Source of the DNA: Octopus sinensis
Taxonomy: Eukaryota
NCBI RefSeq assembly: GCF_006345805.1
Contig: NW_021834805.1
Location: forward strand, 1 to 45,906
Length of the DNA: 45,906 nucleotides
Reading direction: 5' to 3'
Shown: positions 11,108 through 24,142 of the stretch, piece after piece
Layout: each line of letters opens with the position of its first letter
Numbering within the stretch: position 1 is the first letter of the stretch
Program-made: the position numbers and the translations under genes
The notes under the pieces: model-generated
Database searches by the model: none
Told to the model about the DNA's origin: nothing
The model's input: only the letters and a program-made list of their open reading frames with translations

Positions 11108-11713
11108 TACTATGCATAGATGGATTATATTATGTGTATATGTATACATGGATAATATTGTTGGTATTTATACAACATAAATAAAATAAAATAAGGTAAA
11201 TAAGTAAGGAGTAAAGAATAAATAAAAATATAAAGGTGAAATAAATTTGCTTGTGTGGTTATTTTTATTTATAATTAATTAATTCATTCATTATTTCTGC
11301 TTACTTCTTTATGTTATTTCATTATATATTTTACTTGCAGTATAGCCCGGTGTTGCCCGGAATTAAGTTAGGATTATAAAGTGATCAAACGCTTTATTTC
11401 AAACCAAAATAAGTGACACCGACATCAAATTTGAGTGAAATCCATTGAAATTGGTATACTTTTGGCTGAAAATGGGTTGCAGGCAATTTGATTATGAAAT
11501 CCCATAAGGAATTGGTTTATCAATTATTTCCATTCAGCAATTGTTTATTTTTTTTATTTTGAGAACTTACAGCATTCAAAGATTCCATGGGTCCTAAGTA
11601 ATGCTGGCATCAAGTTTGGGGAAAATATGTCAAAATATGTGAAAGTTATGGTTGAAAATGGGGTGTAGCCAATATTAGTAGGAAATCCTATAAGGAATTG
11701 GTTCATCAATTTT

Positions 11714-13020
11714 TTATCCTGATTGAATGGAAAACCTCAAATGGATGCCTGCCACCAATAGTGTTTGGCCTTGGGATTTGTTGATGGACATGGTGAAGCA
11801 TGATCTCACTGGGAACTGTGATCTGTGGAGGTTAAATGGCATGTCTGACCCTGAGGGATAAAGCTGCATCCTTGAAATGGAAATATTTTCACCCCTCCCG
11901 CACCCTGTAACAATGGTGGCCTCAGTCAAGTGGGGCGTCAGAGACTTGATTACTAAGCAGGTCCCATTGCACTGTTTAGGCGGAAAAAGTTTCTAATTAG
12001 CATAATTGGGCATCCAACCCTTAGCCTAAGAATGTGAGTGGAAGCCATGTTGGAGTGTTCCCCTCCAGATTGGGGAACACTGTTTCCGAAAGATTGGAAG
12101 GGTTGTCCACAGTGTTGCACAGTTCAGAGATGGATATGTCACCCCTATAATTCCTTGGGAACTTGCCTTCTCCAAGGGTTAAAATGACTTCAGCAAATGC
12201 TGCAGACGTGCTATCACCAAGCAAGTGTGCACACATGTTTGCGCTTAGACTTAAGGTCTTAACCTGGAGCCACAACGTCGATGACTTAAGGCATGCACGC
12301 GCTTCATCAGCCTGGCTCCCTTTAGGGATGACAGGAAGTGTTTGCCAGAAATCTCCTGAAAGCAATAGAGTTACACCACTCATAGAAGCTGTAGAATCCC
12401 TAATACCTTTCAGTGACCGGTCCAGTGCCTCAAGGGCACCCTTACTTGTCATTGTGCATTCATCCCATACAATGAGATGGCACTAAGAACTTCATTTTCC
12501 TCTGAAATTTTGCCAATCTTGCAAGTAGGAACCTCAGCCCTCACCAAATGTAAAGGCAGCCTGAATGCTGAGTGCACCGTCCTACCTCCCGGCAATAACG
12601 TAGCAGCGATTCCCAAGGAAGCAACTGCTAGTGCAATTTGTTTCTTGCAATGAATATTATCAAGTATTAATTGTGTTACAAAGGATTTGCTGGTACCTCT
12701 AGCAGCACTGAGGAAAAAAATGCCACCCACCTGTTTTTTAATGGCACTGACGACAGTTTCGTACACTAGCCTCTGATCAGGCAGCAGTTTCGGTTCATTT
12801 ACTCTCAGGTACTCTGCAAGGCCATCAGCGTCATATGACAAGTCCAGATGTAACTTTGGTGGGAGTGTGTTAATGCCCTGTCGCAATGAGGATGGCAAAC
12901 CGAATGTGTTTAACGCTGCCCCACCCATTCTGAGCAGGGCATCCTTGATTTCAATCAGCGCATTATTGTAGATCAGGCCATTGTATCCAATGTCAGCATT
13001 AGGGCACTGTTGCTTTGCCA
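11714..13020 (-). pseudogene. Helitron PIF1-like helicase (frameshifted)
   Basis: GGIFFLSAARGTSKSF (degenerate Walker A), AVASLGIAATLLPGGRTVHSAFRLP, LSGDFWQTLPVIPKG, SQFPVRSCFTMSINKSQGQT. Confidence 0.9.
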
Positions 13021-13532
13021 GTCATCATTTGCCTTGACCACCAAGGAAGCAAAATTACATACAGAGAATTTCATAAACAGAAATGAATGGAAAAAGGTTT
13101 TAAATTAAATTTTTAGATTAACACTTGCACGATTTTCACTAAGTAAAAAAAATTGGATTTTTGCTTGGAATCAACTACCATGGCCACCAAATATGCTACA
13201 AAACCCTTTATATGGTCCAAAAAACAGGGTGTGGTGTGGTGGAAGCTTCTGAAATTTCACACCCCATACCCATTGATCATTTCATCATCTATTTTTCAAT
13301 GTACATGGAAAAATATGGAGATTAAGAATATGGAAAGCATTTTTTTTTTACTCTCAAATTTACCATGAAACACTCTAGGCAAATTTTTAGATAAAGCTCA
13401 CACAATTTTCACTAAGAAAAAAAAATCGGATTTTTTGCATGGAATCAACTACCCTGGCCTCCTAATATGCTACAAATACCCATTTATATTGCGTAATTCA
13501 TTGAAAAATTGATACCTAACTCTTTGTTTCCG

Positions 13533-15810
13533 TCATCGTCATCATCACCGTCATCATCATCATCATTGTTCAACGTCCGTTTTCCATGCTAGCATGGGTT
13601 GGACGGTTCGACTGGGGTCTGAGAAACCAGGAGGCTGCACCAGGCTCCAGTCTGATCTGGCAGTGTTTCTACAGCTAGATGCCCTTCCTAACACCAACAA
13701 CTCCGTGAATGTAGAGGGTGCTTTTTATGTGCCACCGGCACAGGCATCAGGGGAGGCTGGCAATAGCCACGATCGGCTGGTGCTTTTTATGTGCCACCGG
13801 CACGGAAGCCAGTCAAGGCGGCGCTGGCATCGGCCACGTTCGGATGGTGCTTTTTACGTGACACCAGCACAGGTATCACTACTACAATTTCCATTTGATT
13901 TTTATTTCATGTTGATGTACTTGACTCAATAGGTCTGCTCAAGCCAGCAGGCCACCCTACAATCCAAGATAAGCACAACAGGCCGTCCTGTGATCCAAGG
14001 TACTTTGGATGGGTTGGGGCTGCTATGTGAAGCTGGTGCAGGAGACAGCCATGAACTCACATTATCTGTCGGGTTTTCACAGTCACAGCATACCTCCAGA
14101 GTTCTCGGTATTTCGTCATTGCCTCTGTGAGGCCCAACGTTCGAAGGTCATGCTTGACCACCACATCCCATGTATTCCTGGGTCTACCTCTACCCTGGAT
14201 TCTTTCAACTGTTTGGGAGTGGCATTTCTTCACACATCTTTCCTCATCCATCTGTAGTGCATGACCAAATAAGTGCAAATGTCTCTCTTGCACGCCACAT
14301 CCAATGCTTCTTATGTCCAGTATTTCTCTCAGGACACTTACACTCTGTCATGTGTGCACACTAACATTACACATCCAGCGGATCATGCTAGCTTCATTTC
14401 TTTCAAGCCTATGCATGTCCTCTGCAGTCACAGTCCATATTTCACTACCTTGAAGCATTGTAGTTCACACACATGCATCGTACAATCTACCATTCACTCT
14501 GTGCGAGAGACCCTTTGTCACCAGTAGGGGTAGAAACTTTCTAAACTTTGCCCAGGCTATTCATATTCTAGTGGTGACACTCTATGAGAATCCACCTCCA
14601 CTACTAACTTGGTCACCTAGGTAGTGGAAACTATCAACTACTTCTAGTTTCTCCCCCTGGAGTGTGATGAAATCTGTTTTCTCAGTATCTGTGGTGTCTA
14701 TTGCCCCTGTGCATCTGCTGCACACAAAAGCTATCTTCTCGGTTAATTTTCCTCTGATGTTGCTGCACCTCTTATGCATCCATAGCTTACACTGTGTACA
14801 TCTTATGGAGTTTCTACCTACACCTTTTCTACAGATTGAGAGGGGGGGGTGATGAGTTCGCCTTCCTACTTACTAGAACTTTAGTCTTTGATACATTGAC
14901 TCTAAGGTGTTTTGATTCGAAACCTTGCTTCCACAGCCGAAATTTCTTTTCTAGTTCCGATAGTGATTCTGCTATGAAAGCCAGGTCATCAGCATAGAGG
15001 AGCTCTCAAGGGCAACCCATCTTCAATTCCCCTGTTATTGCCTAGAGGACTATGATGAATAAAAGGGGGCTGAGGGCTGAACCTTGATGGACTCCTAATT
15101 CTACACGGAATTCTTCACTAATTGCCAAGCCTAACCATACTAACGACCTGTCTGTACAGCCCTTATTAACCATTCGTCAGTCCCCAGTTTCTACATCACC
15201 CACCAGATAAGGGATCGGGGAACCCTGTCAAAGGCTTTCTCCAAGTCCACAAAAGCTAAGTACAGGGGTTTATCTTTAGCTAGGTATTTCTCCTGCAGTT
15301 GTCAAACCAGTAATATGGCATCAGTGGTGCTTCTACCCAGAACAAAACCAAACTGCATCTCATCTAAGCAGACTCTCTCCCTAATGAGATGGGCTATGAC
15401 CCTCTCTGTGACAGTCATCACCTGATCCAGCAGTTTAATACCCTTGTAGTTATTTCTATCTAGAGCATCACCTTTACCCTTGTAGCAGTTGACTATGGTG
15501 CTGCTATGCCAGTCATTGGGTATGGCTCCATGTTGAACTACCTGGTTTACAATGCATGTGACTAGGCCATAGCCCACTCCACCAGATGTTTTAAGCATCT
15601 CAGCAGTGATTCTTGATAGGCTGGGGGCTTTTCCTAGCTTCATACCCTTAATTGCTTTACCTACTAGGGGGCTGTCTATTCGGATAGCTGGTCCTTCTAC
15701 TGGGTTAACATTTGGCAGGCTCTTCTCCTCCCATTCATTCTCTACATTCAGCAGTCTTTCATAATAGCTTCTCCAAGCCTCTTTCTTTTCAGAAACATTA
15801 AATGCACGTC
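13533..15810 (-). mobile_element. 5'-truncated RTE-clade LINE (degenerate RT)
   Basis: YKGKGDALDRNNYKGIKLL, QFGFVLGRSTTDAI, LYADDL, QGRGRPRNTW, and a (GAT)n tail at 13533-13568. Confidence 0.92.
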
Positions 15811-16272
15811 TTTTCAGAAACTTAATGTTTCTATAACATAGATTCTCAACAAAAAATTTTTTCCTCAATGTAAAACAAACTCTTTCGTGCCCAAAGTAAT
15901 GTGTGTGTGTGTGAGAGAGAGGGGGGGGCAGGGAGAAAGACGAACGATTTAAAATAAATAAACGATTTAAAATAAATATATTTTAATTGTTGTGTGAGAA
16001 AGTATATATAATCTGATTATAAAGTATAGTGTCTTTCAAAAACATCCTAAATTTGAATACTATATCTCGTGTATAAGAAAAAAAAACATTTTACATTTTT
16101 ATTTTTGGTGAACACTGTCACTTACTCTATCTCTCCCTCACACACACACACACAACAACACGCAACATCTGTCTCCCTCACACACACACATACATACATC
16201 AACACAACTTCTCTCTCCCTCACACACACACACACACATTTTCACTTCGTTATGGCAAGAAGGGACTTAACT

Positions 16273-19200
16273 CATTTCATTTCATTTCATTTCATTTGGG
16301 TTTGAGTCCATGCTCAGGCTAAGTCGAAGACTCCACCCTCAGAGTCTGGTGTGGTTGCCAGGTTGTATTCTCTGCTTAATTTTGACATGTGTAGGAGCGA
16401 GTTTGAGTCAGTTTGTGCTCATTGTGTATATCCTGGGAGATGGGGTTCATCTCTAATGGTGCTTAAGTATCTATCCAGTTGCAATTTGAATGATTCCACA
16501 CTGCATCCTGATAGATTTCTGACATGTACTGGAATGGAGTTGAACAGTTGTGCTCCTCGAACCAACAGACTTGATTCTCGCAGGGTTTTGGCTGCCTGGC
16601 CAGCCTTTTTGTTGATTGGTGGCAGCTGGCAGCGTCTTCCGTGGCGCAGTGAGTGGTAGGTTTTGATACCAAAGTTTGGCACCTTCTGCTCTATCATTTT
16701 CCAAATGTATATAATTTGGTATCGCTCAAATCTTCTTTCTATTGAGTACATCCTCAAGGTTTTGAGTCTTTGCCAATAGTCCAGGTCCCTCGTTTCTGAG
16801 AAGTATGAGGTAAAATTTCTTTGGAGCGATTCTATCTTAGATAGTTGGCCCTTTGTTGTTGGTGACCACAACTGAGAACAGTAGTCAATCCTCGGAAGTA
16901 TCATACTGTTCCAGAGGGTTTTCATTGTTGAGGTATCTCTTGATTTGAAGGTGCGCAAGATCCACCCGCTGTACTTTCTTGCAGTAAGACAGACTGAGTC
17001 AAGGTGTTCTCTGAATTTTAGGTTGGTTCCCATGTGGATGCCTAAATCTTTCACATACTGTTTTTCCATTATTTGTTGTCCTGATGGGTTTCTGTAGTTT
17101 GTTGTATTTTTCAGATCTTGATCTGTTCCGTAGCGAATTAGTTCAAACTTCTTATCATTGAACAACATGTTGTTTATTTCTTGCCATTTATATATGGTGG
17201 TCAGGTCCTTTTGTAAGGCCTCTGTATCCACCTCGTCTTTGATTTGTCTCATGACCCTGGTGTCATCAGCAAAGGATGAGACGTTGCTGGTTGTATCTTC
17301 ATCTATGTCAGAGATGAGGATGAGAAACAGGATTGGGCCGAGTACTGTACCCTGAGGAACACTGCTGGTCACAGGTGATGGTGTTGAATGGGTTCCATTC
17401 ACAGTGACTGTTTGAGTTCTATTTGTAAGGAACTCGTGTATCCATGTACCAACTTTTCCTCCTACTCCTAGCTTTCGAAGTTTGTGACCCAGGATGCCAT
17501 GATCTACCTTGTCAAATGCCTTGGCAAAGTCGAGGTAGATAACATCTGTGTTGTATCCATTCTCTAGATTTTCTAGGATTTGGTCATGGTGTGCCAGTAG
17601 TTGGGAAAGGCATGATCTACCTAACCTGAATCCATGCTGGTTGCAATTCATCAGATTGTTGGATTCCAGGAACTCAACCAGTTTTCCACGAACTATTCTT
17701 TCGAAGACCTTGATAATGTGTGATGTCAGTGAGATTGGTCGGTAGTTCTTTGGTTTTGATTTGCTGTCCCCTTTATGTATTGGAGTTATGTGTGCTTCTT
17801 TATATGTATTTGGTATTTTGCCATTCTCCATAGATTCCCTCCATATCATGTAAAGGGGTTTCAACAATTGTGCCTTGCAGTTTTTAAGTATCATGGCATT
17901 GAAACCGTCAGGCCCCGCAGCCGAGTGCATGGAGAGCTTGTCTATTGCTCTTGCTATGTCTTCTGGTTGAAATCAATGTCGGATAGGGTAGGTTTAGTAT
18001 GGTCGATATCCTTGAAGAATTTTCCTGGGTCATGGATCTTCATGGTTTTAGATGGCTCACTGAAGACACTTTCATACTGTTGACCCAACATTTCTGCCAT
18101 TTCAATAGGGTTATTCACTACATCCCCATTTTGTTTCTGGAGAGGTCCTATTGTTGACTTGGTGTTCGAGTATTTCTTTGCAAAACTGTAGAAACATTTT
18201 GGATTTTCTTGATGTTTTCTATGGCTCTCTTTTCTGCATTGTTACGTTCTTCATCATAGTGTTGTTTTAGATTGTTTTCTAATCTGTATATTTGGTCAAG
18301 GACTTTCTGTAATTCATGTTTTGATGTCAGCTTAGATGTTTTGTTTCTTAGTCTTGACCTTTTGCGCATCAGGATCTTTCGCTCCCGTGGTACAGGTTTT
18401 TTTGTGGACTTGGTTTTCTTTAGAGGAACATTTTTTTCACATATTTCTTTGATCTTGTTTAAGAATTTCTTGTGTTTATCTGGCCCAGTAAGGTAGAGAT
18501 CCCAGTCAATGATTTGTAACTGGTTGTTAATAGTTTCCCAATTTGCCTGGTGATAATCATACCTGCATAGCTTTGGCATGTCCTTTTGTTTAAGAGTTGT
18601 GGCATTGGGCTCATTACCAATGTGTAAATGCATTTCAATAATATTGTGGTCTGAAAGGATTGTTGGGGTTGAGTGAAGGTCAAATAGCGTGTCCTCGTTG
18701 TTGGTGAAAACCAAGTCGATCGTATTATTATTTCTTGTTGCTTCTGTCATCATTTGTTTAAGGTATAATTTCTCTGTGACTTCCAACAGTTTGGCTGCCT
18801 GTATTTGTTCAGCTTTTGTCCCCAGTTTTAGTATGTGTCCATGTGGCCAGATGATGTTAGGGAAGTTGAAGTCACCAAGGAGGATAATGTCTGGCATTGG
18901 ACTTGCCATGTTTCCCAGAATTTGTTGGAGCTTCGTCAGTGGCTCAGTGAAGGATAATGTTGGGCTGTTTGGCGGTCTGTACATTATTGTTACAACTGTA
19001 TTAAGTTGGATGATTTTTATGCACAGCAGGTTGCAGTAGGCATTTGATTCATTGACAAGTTCTATGCATGCATAGGTATCATGGATATACATGATAACGC
19101 CCCCATGGGATCTGCCTTGTCTATCACATCTGAAGATGTTGAATCTATTGATTGTGATTTCGCTGTTGCGGATGTTTTCGTTGAGATGACTTTCAGTAAT

Positions 19201-19444
19201 TCCAATTATTTTGGAGTTGTTTTCTGTTGCTAATTCTTACAAGAAAGGGACTTTACACTGTTTTGTTTTCGGATAAAGACCCTGGATATTTGCTGTTATT
19301 ATGCTTGTTGTACCGGATACATCTGCCCTATTGTTGGCAAGACTGTTGTAGTTGCTGGGACTGTGCTGACTGGATATTCGGTCTGCTGGGCTGTCTGTAT
19401 TTGTTGTATGTGCCCTGTAAGTCCAGGTGTCAGCCTTGTTAGCA
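16273..19444 (-). mobile_element. Young CR1-group LINE with nearly complete ORF2 (APE endonuclease + RT)
   Basis: APE motifs ANIQGL, ITESHL, YRPP, GDFNFP, SDH. RT motifs YRPISLTS, YLDFAKAFDKVDH, VPQGTVLGP, FADDT. (AAATG)n 3' tail and a possible aact target duplication. Disabled by one in-frame TAA (19237-19239) and two apparent frameshifts (about 18205 and 17970). Confidence 0.92.
16419..17930 (-). CDS. LINE reverse transcriptase, uninterrupted 503-aa portion of ORF2
   Basis: The ORF track shows the full set of non-LTR RT motifs. Confidence 0.85.
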   Translation of the reverse strand: MHSAAGPDGFNAMILKNCKAQLLKPLYMIWRESMENGKIPNTYKEAHITPIHKGDSKSKPKNYRPISLTSHIIKVFERIVRGKLVEFLESNNLMNCNQHGFRLGRSCLSQLLAHHDQILENLENGYNTDVIYLDFAKAFDKVDHGILGHKLRKLGVGGKVGTWIHEFLTNRTQTVTVNGTHSTPSPVTSSVPQGTVLGPILFLILISDIDEDTTSNVSSFADDTRVMRQIKDEVDTEALQKDLTTIYKWQEINNMLFNDKKFELIRYGTDQDLKNTTNYRNPSGQQIMEKQYVKDLGIHMGTNLKFREHLDSVCLTARKYSGWILRTFKSRDTSTMKTLWNSMILPRIDYCSQLWSPTTKGQLSKIESLQRNFTSYFSETRDLDYWQRLKTLRMYSIERRFERYQIIYIWKMIEQKVPNFGIKTYHSLRHGRRCQLPPINKKAGQAAKTLRESSLLVRGAQLFNSIPVHVRNLSGCSVESFKLQLDRYLSTIRDEPHLPGYTQ

Positions 19445-19677
19445 AACTTCAAAATTGGTAAAAGTTAAGGCTGAAAATCGATTTTTACTACTACCCGCTG
19501 GTGCTTCAGGAAAAATAATTTGATAAAAATACAGTTAGGGTCGTGACAAATGTCCTCCTAAAATTGGAGCGACATGCGTGCTAATTTGTGGACGTGCATA
19601 AATTACATTCACGTACACACATCCTGCCTTTTATATATACAGATAAATACCAACAATATTATCCATATACGCATATA

Positions 19678-20431
19678 CATCATCATCATCATTTAACGTC
19701 CGCTTTCCATGCTTGCATGGGTTGGACGGTTTGACTGTCGGCTGGTGAACCAGATGGCTGCACCAAGCTCCAGTCTTGATCTGGCAGAGTTTCTACAGAT
19801 GGATTCCCTTCCTAACACCAACCACTCAGAGAGTGTAGTGGGTGCTTTTACGTGCCACTAGCATCGAGCCAGTCAGGCGGTACTGGCAACGACCTCGCTC
19901 GAATTTGTTTTTACACATGCCAATGGTACAGGTGCCAGTAAGGAGATGCTGGTAACGATCCCGCTCGAATGGTGCCTCCTACATCCCTCCTACAAGCCAG
20001 TTAGCCACTCTGGCAACGATCATGCTCAGATGGTGCTCTTAGCACCCTACTAGCACAGGGCACAAGTGCCAGTAAGGCGAAGCTGGCAACGACCACGCTC
20101 ATATGGTGCTCGTGCCCGTCATCGAATTTCACTTTGATTTTGATTTCGGTTTCGATTTCACTTGCCTCAACAGGTCTTCGCAAGCAGAGATTAGTGTTCA
20201 GAGAAGGAAAAGGTACGCACACGTGGGCTGGTTATACCCCTGGCACAAGCAAACGAGGTTATGGTCTCATTTGGCTTGCTGGGTCTTCTCAAGCACAGCA
20301 TATTTCCAAAGGTCTCGGTCACTAGTCATTTCCTTGGTGAGGCCTAAAGTTCGAAGGTCGTGCTTCACCACTTCATCCCAGGTCTTCCTGGGTCTACCTC
20401 TTCCACAGGTTCCCTCAACCGCTAGGGTGTG
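19678..20431 (-). mobile_element. Short 5'-truncated RTE LINE (3' UTR plus ORF end)
   Basis: (GAT)n tail, the ggattcccttcctaacaccaacc motif and the coding end AVEGTCGRGRPRKTWDEVV. Confidence 0.9.
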
Positions 20432-20576
20432 GAAATATAAACTAATGAACTAATGAAATAACTAGAAATAAACATCTGTATATGTAAACACATATAGAGA
20501 TACTAATATATAAACAAGATACACCCATACATGTATTCACGTGCATAAACACATAAGCAAATTTATTTCACCTTTA

Positions 20577-23500
20577 TCATCATCATCATCATCATTGGTT
20601 AACGTCCGCTTTCCATGCTAGCATGGGTTGGACGGTTCAACTGGGGTCTGGCAAGCTTGAAGGCTGCACCAGGCCAGTCAGATCTGGCAGTGTTTCTACA
20701 GCTGGATGCCCTTCCTAACGCCAACCACTCCGAGAGTGTAGTGGGTGATTTTATGTGCCACCGACACAGGTGTCAGGCGAGGCTGGCACACGGCCACGCT
20801 TGGATGGTGTTTTTATGTGCCACTGACACAGGTGCCAGACGAGGCTGGCAGACGGCCACGCTCGGATGGTGTTTTCTTATGTGCCACCGACACAGGTACC
20901 AGACGAGGCTGGCGAACGGCCACGCTCGGATGTTGTTTGTTATGTGCACACAGCACGGAGGCCAGTCGATGCGGTAATGGCTATGGTCACGTTCAGATGG
21001 TTTTCTTATGTGCCACCCACAGGGATACAAATTCCATTGATGTTCATCTATTTTTATTTGGTTTGATTTGATTTGATTTTGATTTTGATTTTCACTTGCC
21101 TCAACAGGTCTTCACAAGTGTCACAAGGGGGAAGGTATGCATAGGTGGACTGACTACGTCCCAGGTAGGGGCCACAGGTTATGGCTTCACTAGTCTTGTC
21201 AGGTCTTCTCACGCACAGCATACTTCCATAGGTCTCGGTCTCTAGTCATTTCCATGGTGAGACCTAACGTTCGAAGGTCGTGCTTCACCACCTCGTCCCA
21301 GGTTTTCCTGGGTCTACCTCTTCACGGGTTCCCTCAACTGCTAGGGATTGGCACTTTCTCACACACCTATCTTCATCCATTCTCGCCACATGACCATACC
21401 AGCGCAATCGTCTCTCTTGCACACCACAACTGATGCTTCTTAGGTACAACATTTCTCTCAAGGTACTAACGCTCTGTCGAGTATGTACACTGACATTACA
21501 CATCCATCGGAGCATACAGGCTTCATTCCTCACGAGATTACGCATGTCCTCAGCAGTCACGGCCCATGTTTCACTGCCATGTAGCATGGCTGTTCGTACA
21601 CATGCATTATACAGTCTGCCTTTTACTCTGAGCGAGAGGCCTTTAGTCACCAGCAGAGGTAAGAGCTCCCTAAACTTTGCCCAGGCTATTCTTATTCTAG
21701 CAGTTACACTTTCAGCGCACCCACCCCCGCTACTGACTTGGTCACCTAGATAACGGAAGCTATCAACTACTTCTAGTTTTTCCCCTGGAAAGTGACGGAA
21801 GTTGTTTTCTGCAGATTTTGGAGGTCAATGCTCCCGAGCATCTGCCACATACAAAAACTATCTTCCCAGTTAGCCTACCTTTGATATTGCTGCACCTCTT
21901 ATGTGTCCATAGCTTACACTGGGTCATCTTATAGAGTTTCTACCTACACCTTTTCTACAGATCGAGCAGGGCCATCTTCCTGAGGATATTTGTGGATTGT
22001 CTACTTTCTACTTATTAGTACTTTGGTTTTAGCTAGGTTGACTCTAAGGCCCCTCGATTCTAAACCTTCCTTCCACACTGGAACTTCTCCTCCAGTTCTG
22101 ATATGTGACTCAGCAATTAGAGCGAGGTCGTCAGCATAGAGGAGCTCCCAGGGGCAACCTGTCTTGAATTCCTCCGTAATTGCCTGGAGGACTATGATAA
22201 ATAGGAGGGGGCTGAGTACTGAACCCTGGTGGACCCCAACCTCTACTTTGAATTCTTCTGTGTATATGTTGCCAACCCTAACCTTACTTACGCATCTCTG
22301 TACATGGCTTGCACAGCCCTCACCAGCCATTCATCTATCCTAGTTTCTCATTGACCACCAGATGAGGGATCGGGGGACCCTATCAAAGATTTCTCCATGT
22401 CAACGAAAGCCAGGTACAGGGGCTTATCTTTGGCTAGGTATTTCTCCTGCAGCTGCCTTACCAGGAATATAGCATCAGTGGTGCTTTTCCCTGGCACGAA
22501 CCCAAACTGCATCTCATCTAAACTAACTCTCTCTTAATTAGTTGGGCTATGACCCTCTCCGTAACCTTCATTACCTGATCCAACAGCTTGATACCTCTGT
22601 ATTATTTGTATCTAGGGCATCACCTTTACCTTTGTAGCAGTTGACTAGTATGCTGCTACACCAGTCATTGGGAATGACTCCTTCATATATCACCTGGTTG
22701 ACTATACGGGTGACTAGGTTATAGCCAACACTGCCAGATATTTTGAGCATCTCTGCAGTAATTCCTGATGGGCCTGGGGCTTTTCCTGTCTTCATGCTTC
22801 TAATTGCCTTAGCTACCACGGAACTATCAACTCGGATAGCTGGTCCCTCTGTTGGGTCAACATTCGGCAGACTCTCTTTATCCCATTCATTTCTTTATTC
22901 AGCAGCCTTTCATAGTGGCATCTCCAAACCTCTCTCTTTGCATCCTCATTTAGCGCAAGTGAACAATCCATCCATACAACACACTTCTCTCCTACCACAT
23001 CACGATTCTCTCTCACACACTGTCTTGCAACACGAAATACCTCAAGTCTTTCATCCTCACGGCTCAGAACATTGGCAAATTTTTTCTTATCCGCTTCCCC
23101 TCTGGCTAAATAAACTGTCTCCTAGCTTCCCTTTTAGCTGTCTGATACAATTCCCTGCTACCACCGTTCTTCCGTCCTTCCAAGCCTGTCTCTTTTGTCT
23201 AATAGCCCTATCAACCACGGTGTTCCACCACCATGTTACTCTGGGTCGAGATGGTACTTTGCTCCATCCACAGATCTGTTCAGTGGTGTCAGCAGATTGT
23301 CTCGTAGGAATCTCCAGTTGTCTTCCACATTAAGTGAAGCTATATCCCCTTCTCATTTCGTCAAAGGCTTCGAGTAGTATGTCTCTAAATCTCTGTCCAT
23401 TTGCAGGATCTTTAAGCGTCCAGACCCTTCTCCTCCAAGCTGGTCTTCTTCTGGGCAACCATTTAGCTCTGATCCTGAGGTTGCTAACTACTAATCTATG

Positions 23501-24142
23501 TTGAGGAGTACATTCTTCGCCTGGAAAGGTTTTGGCATTTACAATCAGCCCTCTTTCCCTTTTTCTGGCAAGAATGTAGTCAATCTGGCTGGTGTGTCTG
23601 CCAGAACGGTAGGTGACTAGGTGAGAGGTGGGTTTCCTGAAGTTGGTATTGCAGACCATAAGGTCATTTGCATCGCAGAACTCCAGCAGCCTGGTTCCCT
23701 CCTCATTACGAGAGCCAAAACCGTAGCCTCCATGGACGCCATGGAAGCCCCCGACATGTCGTCCAACATGTCCATTGAAATCACCTGCCACGAAGAGAAG
23801 GTCACTGTCATTTGTCAACGAGGTAGTCCGCAATAGGGTGTCATAGAATTGGTCTTTTGTCCTCCCGGTAGCCCTGGTTGAGGGGCGTATGCCGAGATGA
23901 TGGTAGCTGTCCTATGGTGTAGGACTAATCTAATTTTAATTACTCTGTCACTTACTCTGACTACCTCGATTACCTTACCTACCCATTTCTCCGCAAGAAG
24001 TATACCCACGCCCCCGACCCCGTCAGTGTACCCTGCCCAGAAAATCTTGTACCTGTGTTCCTTGCCTGTGAGGAGCCTAGCGGAACCTCCTCTCCACCTT
24101 ACTTCCTGGATATAGCATACATCCACACGTTTCCGTTCAAGC
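20577..24142 (-). mobile_element. Near full-length RTE-clade LINE ORF (APE + RT + Cys/His finger), multiply frameshifted
   Basis: IQEVRWRG, ISAYAPQ, GDFNGHVG, SQIDYIL, GVHQGSVLSPLLF, LLYADDL, ERRLRWYGHV. The 3' UTR has approximately 60-bp tandem repeats and a (GAT)n tail. Confidence 0.95.

Larger units (their letters stand above)
11334..19643 (-). mobile_element. Helitron interrupted by an RTE and a CR1-group LINE
   Basis: Minus-strand 5' end a|TCTGTATATATAAAAGGC at 19643. The 3' end is a CCGG-gcaaca-CCGG hairpin followed by CAAG|t at 11334. Joining the flanks restores ttatatatttta-taaataccaacaat, which matches 24340-24370. Confidence 0.75.

Noticed and set aside
11714-13020. Host PIF1 gene
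   Set aside because: Intronless, frameshifted, with a broken Walker A motif, and inside Helitron termini.
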